Source of the DNA: Coprobacillaceae bacterium
GTDB taxonomy: Bacteria; Bacillota_I; Bacilli_A; Erysipelotrichales; Coprobacillaceae
Assembly (NCBI GenBank): GCA_963675515.1
Contig: OY776328.1
Span: 1,620,001 to 1,652,000, forward strand
Reading direction: 5' to 3'
DNA length: 32,000 bases
Part shown: positions 29,594 to 32,000 of the stretch, one piece after another
Layout: each line of letters starts with the position of its first letter
How positions within the stretch are numbered: the stretch's first letter is position 1
Position numbers and translations under genes: made by a program
Notes under the pieces: generated by a model
Seen by the model: only the letters and a program-made list of their open reading frames with translations
Database searches by the model: none
Told to the model about the DNA's origin: nothing

Positions 29594-30342
29594 AACTAAT
29601 AATGCGAGGTGACGACCTGGGCTTTTCCGAAGCGGTCAACCATGGGCTGGTGAAGTCGGCCGAGGACGGGGTGATAACCAGCATCGGGATGATGGTGAAT
29701 ATGCCTGCCACAATGCACGGATACGAACTGGTCAAGAATCAAGACATTGCCTTAGGGCAGCACACCAATATCTGCGTGGGCAAGCCGCTAAGCGATCCCA
29801 AGGAGATACCGACCCTGGTTGATGCCAATGGTGATTTCTGTTCAAGCAGGGAAATCCGGGGCCGCAAAGAGGATACGATTGATATCGCCCAGTGCGAGAA
29901 AGAAATCGAGGCGCAACTGAAACGGTTCCAGGAAATAACCGGGAAATTGCCGGACTATTTCGAAGGCCATGCCGTGTTTTCCGGGAATTTCTTCAAGGCT
30001 TTGGAAAATGTCGCCAGACGCCACAATCTTTTCTATGTCAATCCCTTCGATCCAAAGTGGGAAGAGGCTACGGGCATCCATGGATTGCCAATGGCGAAGA
30101 TGGATGAAAACAACCTTTATGACCCGATAGCCTATTTCGCAGAGAATCTGCCGGTTGTAAAGGGCCACGGATGTTCGCTGATGGTTTTCCATCCTGGTTA
30201 CCTTGACCAGTACATCCTGAGAAAATCGTCATTCACCCTGGTAAGACCGATGGAATGCGAATTTCTATGCAGCGAAAAACTCAGAAGCATAATCGAAGAA
30301 AACCATATCAAACTGACAAACTTCAAGAACTATCGCGATTAG
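29590..30342 (+). CDS. chbG: YdjC/ChbG-family carbohydrate (chitooligosaccharide) deacetylase.
   Basis: RBS AAGGAG with an ATGA overlap with the EIIB gene. MKLIMRGDDLGFSEAVNHGL..GVITSIGMMVNMP..GQHTN..GHAV..VFHPGY follows the YdjC pattern. Confidence 0.8.
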   Translation: MKLIMRGDDLGFSEAVNHGLVKSAEDGVITSIGMMVNMPATMHGYELVKNQDIALGQHTNICVGKPLSDPKEIPTLVDANGDFCSSREIRGRKEDTIDIAQCEKEIEAQLKRFQEITGKLPDYFEGHAVFSGNFFKALENVARRHNLFYVNPFDPKWEEATGIHGLPMAKMDENNLYDPIAYFAENLPVVKGHGCSLMVFHPGYLDQYILRKSSFTLVRPMECEFLCSEKLRSIIEENHIKLTNFKNYRD

Positions 30343-30363
30343 ACGGACTTGTTCCGTTTTTTT
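30343..30363 (+). terminator. Rho-independent terminator after chbG.
   Basis: A stem pairs ACGGA (30343-30347) with TCCGT (30353-30357), followed by a T7 run directly after the stop codon. Confidence 0.6.
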
Positions 30364-30461
30364 GCTTGATTAATAAAGTGATCGCATATGTTTCAAACAT
30401 GTCAGCTCAATGGCCGTTTCAAGGTAAACATGAAAAATGGTTAGGCAAATACCTGGGGTTG

Positions 30462-30470
30462 TGCTACAAT
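30462..30470 (+). promoter_or_regulatory. TG-extended -10 promoter element upstream of the PLC-like gene.
   Basis: TGCTACAAT, which would give a ~90-nt leader. Confidence 0.4.
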
Positions 30471-30568
30471 TTTCTAAGCGATACTAATGGAATGGGTGCG
30501 CTGATTCACTTTTACCAGTCCAATAATCGTATCAGTATGTTTTTTCATGATTTGTAAGGAGGTATTCT

Positions 30569-31219
30569 ATGGCGACATGGGGTTTGCATATAAGGATCGC
30601 CCAGGCGCTGATCGAACAGGGCATCGAGGTCGATCAGGAGGCTTTTCTGGTGGGCAATATCGGACCGGACTGCGGATTGGCCGATGAGGACGGAACCAGC
30701 TTCTTTCCGCCGGCGAGCGTAACGCATTGGTGCGACGGCTCCAAACTCAATATCCAAGCTGGTCGGTTCGCAAATCAATACCTGGTCAAAGAAGGGCTGG
30801 CTCTTAGGGAATGGTCGTTCTATCTTGGCTACTATGTCCATCTGCTTACCGACCGGAAGTTCTCACGGCTGGTCCAGGACAAAATCGACAATGACCCGCT
30901 TTACCAACCACTCCAAGATGACGATGAGTTCATCTGGACGATCAAGAAGGACTGGTATGACCTTGATCGGATCTATTTCCGGGATAATGCCACCAGCCTG
31001 TTTTTCCAGGTTTTTACCGGTATCGAGGAGTTTCCGGATTTTCTTGATTACTACCCAAGTGGGGCGGTTATCACCCAGATTCATTTCATCATCGATTTCT
31101 ATAAAAAGGAGTCAAACGATCTTGATCGGGAGTATCTTTATCTAAGCGAAGCTGAAATGGACCGGTTTCTCGAAGAAGTTCTCGAATACATCACCATCAA
31201 GCTTGCAAAATACATCTGA
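30569..31219 (+). CDS. Zinc-dependent phospholipase C-like family protein (function unknown).
   Basis: RBS AAGGAGG. An N-terminal WGLHIRIA...VGNIGPDCG and a later YYVHLLTDR resemble the His/Asp metal ligand pattern of the Zn-PLC-like superfamily. Assignment is from memory of the family pattern only. Confidence 0.5.
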   Translation: MATWGLHIRIAQALIEQGIEVDQEAFLVGNIGPDCGLADEDGTSFFPPASVTHWCDGSKLNIQAGRFANQYLVKEGLALREWSFYLGYYVHLLTDRKFSRLVQDKIDNDPLYQPLQDDDEFIWTIKKDWYDLDRIYFRDNATSLFFQVFTGIEEFPDFLDYYPSGAVITQIHFIIDFYKKESNDLDREYLYLSEAEMDRFLEEVLEYITIKLAKYI

Positions 31220-31308
31220 TTTCATAATGTTGCAAAAACAGTCCGGCATTATGACAACATTTTTGAGGACTGGATTAAAATGATTCAATTACGTGGAAGG
31301 GGAACAAT

Positions 31309-31863
31309 ATGGATAAATTGGAAATACGCATCGCGCATAAGGGAGATGCCAGGGAACTGCTTGGGATATATGAGCCTTACGTTGTGATGACTCCGATAAC
31401 TTTCGAATATGAAGTGCCCACCCTGGAGGAATTCGAAAACCGGATAATGACAACCAAACAAAGCTATCCTTACCTGGTGGCGACAGTCGACGGGGTCATT
31501 GCCGGTTATTGTTATGCGGCGGCCTTCAAAAGCAGGGCGGCTTATCAGTGGGCGGTGGAAACATCGATCTATCTTAGCGAAAGCTTCCATGGCGGGGGCG
31601 TCGCCAAGGCCCTTTATGAAAAGATGGAAGAAATCCTGACCAGGCAGAACATCTGTACGCTTATTGCCTGCATAACCTATCCCAATAATAAAAGCGTCCG
31701 CTTCCATGAGAAGTTCGGTTATGAAACTGTGGCGCATTTCCACAAATGCGGCTTCAAGCTCGGTCAGTGGCGTGATGTGATCTGGATGGAAAAGACGCTC
31801 CAGGAACATCCGGCCAATCCCGAGGTGATCATCCCGTTTGGTGATATCGCCTGCGATTATTAA
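31309..31863 (+). CDS. GNAT-family N-acetyltransferase (phosphinothricin/methionine-sulfoximine acetyltransferase-like).
   Basis: RBS AAGGGGA. IRIAHKGDARELLGIYEPYV..TPITFEYEVPTLEEF...PYLVA..DGVIAGYCYAAAFKSRAAYQWAVETSIYL....GGGVAKALY is the PAT-type GNAT pattern. Confidence 0.8.
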   Translation: MDKLEIRIAHKGDARELLGIYEPYVVMTPITFEYEVPTLEEFENRIMTTKQSYPYLVATVDGVIAGYCYAAAFKSRAAYQWAVETSIYLSESFHGGGVAKALYEKMEEILTRQNICTLIACITYPNNKSVRFHEKFGYETVAHFHKCGFKLGQWRDVIWMEKTLQEHPANPEVIIPFGDIACDY

Positions 31864-31937
31864 TCGAGGTTGACAACTGACTTTGAATCCGCCCTGTCTG
31901 GGTTAACAAAACAAATTATTATGCATTTTCTGTGTTG

Positions 31938-31959
31938 CAGCCCAGTCGGGCTGTTTTTT
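31938..31959 (+). terminator. Rho-independent terminator about 75 nt downstream of the GNAT gene.
   Basis: A stem pairs CAGCCC (31938-31943) with GGGCTG (31948-31953) around a 4-nt loop, followed by a T6 run. Confidence 0.7.
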
Positions 31960-32000
31960 GATAATATTGCAAAAATCGCATCGTTATAAAAACATTGGAT

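Noticed and set aside
30255-30557. A 100-aa ORF spanning the chbG 3' end and the following intergenic region.
   Set aside because: It starts inside chbG in another frame, crosses the chbG terminator and the predicted promoter, and has no RBS or motifs.

Overview
The window looks like a low-GC Gram-positive (Firmicutes-type) chromosome: strong AAGGAG-type ribosome-binding sites, hairpin plus T-run terminators and TG-extended -10 promoters. It is mostly a carbohydrate-PTS region in visible decay.

Left to right:
- 34-1130: wrecked sbcD/sbcC-like locus.
- 1453-8027: intact sorbitol/glucitol operon, gutM-srlA-srlE-srlD-PRD regulator-srlB-pgi.
- 8074-9594 (-): convergent orphan gene encoding a fused SrlA-SrlE permease.
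- 10015-11524: 3' stump of a mannose-family EIID gene and a frameshifted nagA.
- 11525-12384: 850-bp gene-free gap that reads like the 5' two-thirds of a group II intron ribozyme, with no RT ORF and no domain V/VI.
- 12385-16370: beta-glucoside module (GH1 hydrolase, EIIBC, divergent AraC regulator).
- 16501-18650: redox/stress trio (Isf-like iron-sulfur flavoprotein, flavodoxin-like protein, tandem USP).
- 18717-20678: 653-aa protein combining a Cas4-like PD-(D/E)xK domain with DUF2779.
- 20772-25245: sugar nucleotidyltransferase, cold-shock protein, MFS transporter, degenerate-GGDEF/EAL protein.
- 25370-30342: cellobiose/chitobiose-type PTS operon with multiple lesions (EIIA without the phospho-His, EIIC with an in-frame TGA, frameshifted LicR-like regulator, tandem EIIB, ChbG).
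- 30569-31863: PLC-like protein and a GNAT acetyltransferase.

I found no CRISPR array, tRNA/rRNA gene, transposase or recognisable multi-gene defence system. The two items most worth follow-up are the orphan structured RNA at 11618-12342 and the standalone Cas4-like/DUF2779 protein. All family assignments come from reading motifs by eye. No searches or folding calculations were run, and RNA and promoter boundaries are approximate.
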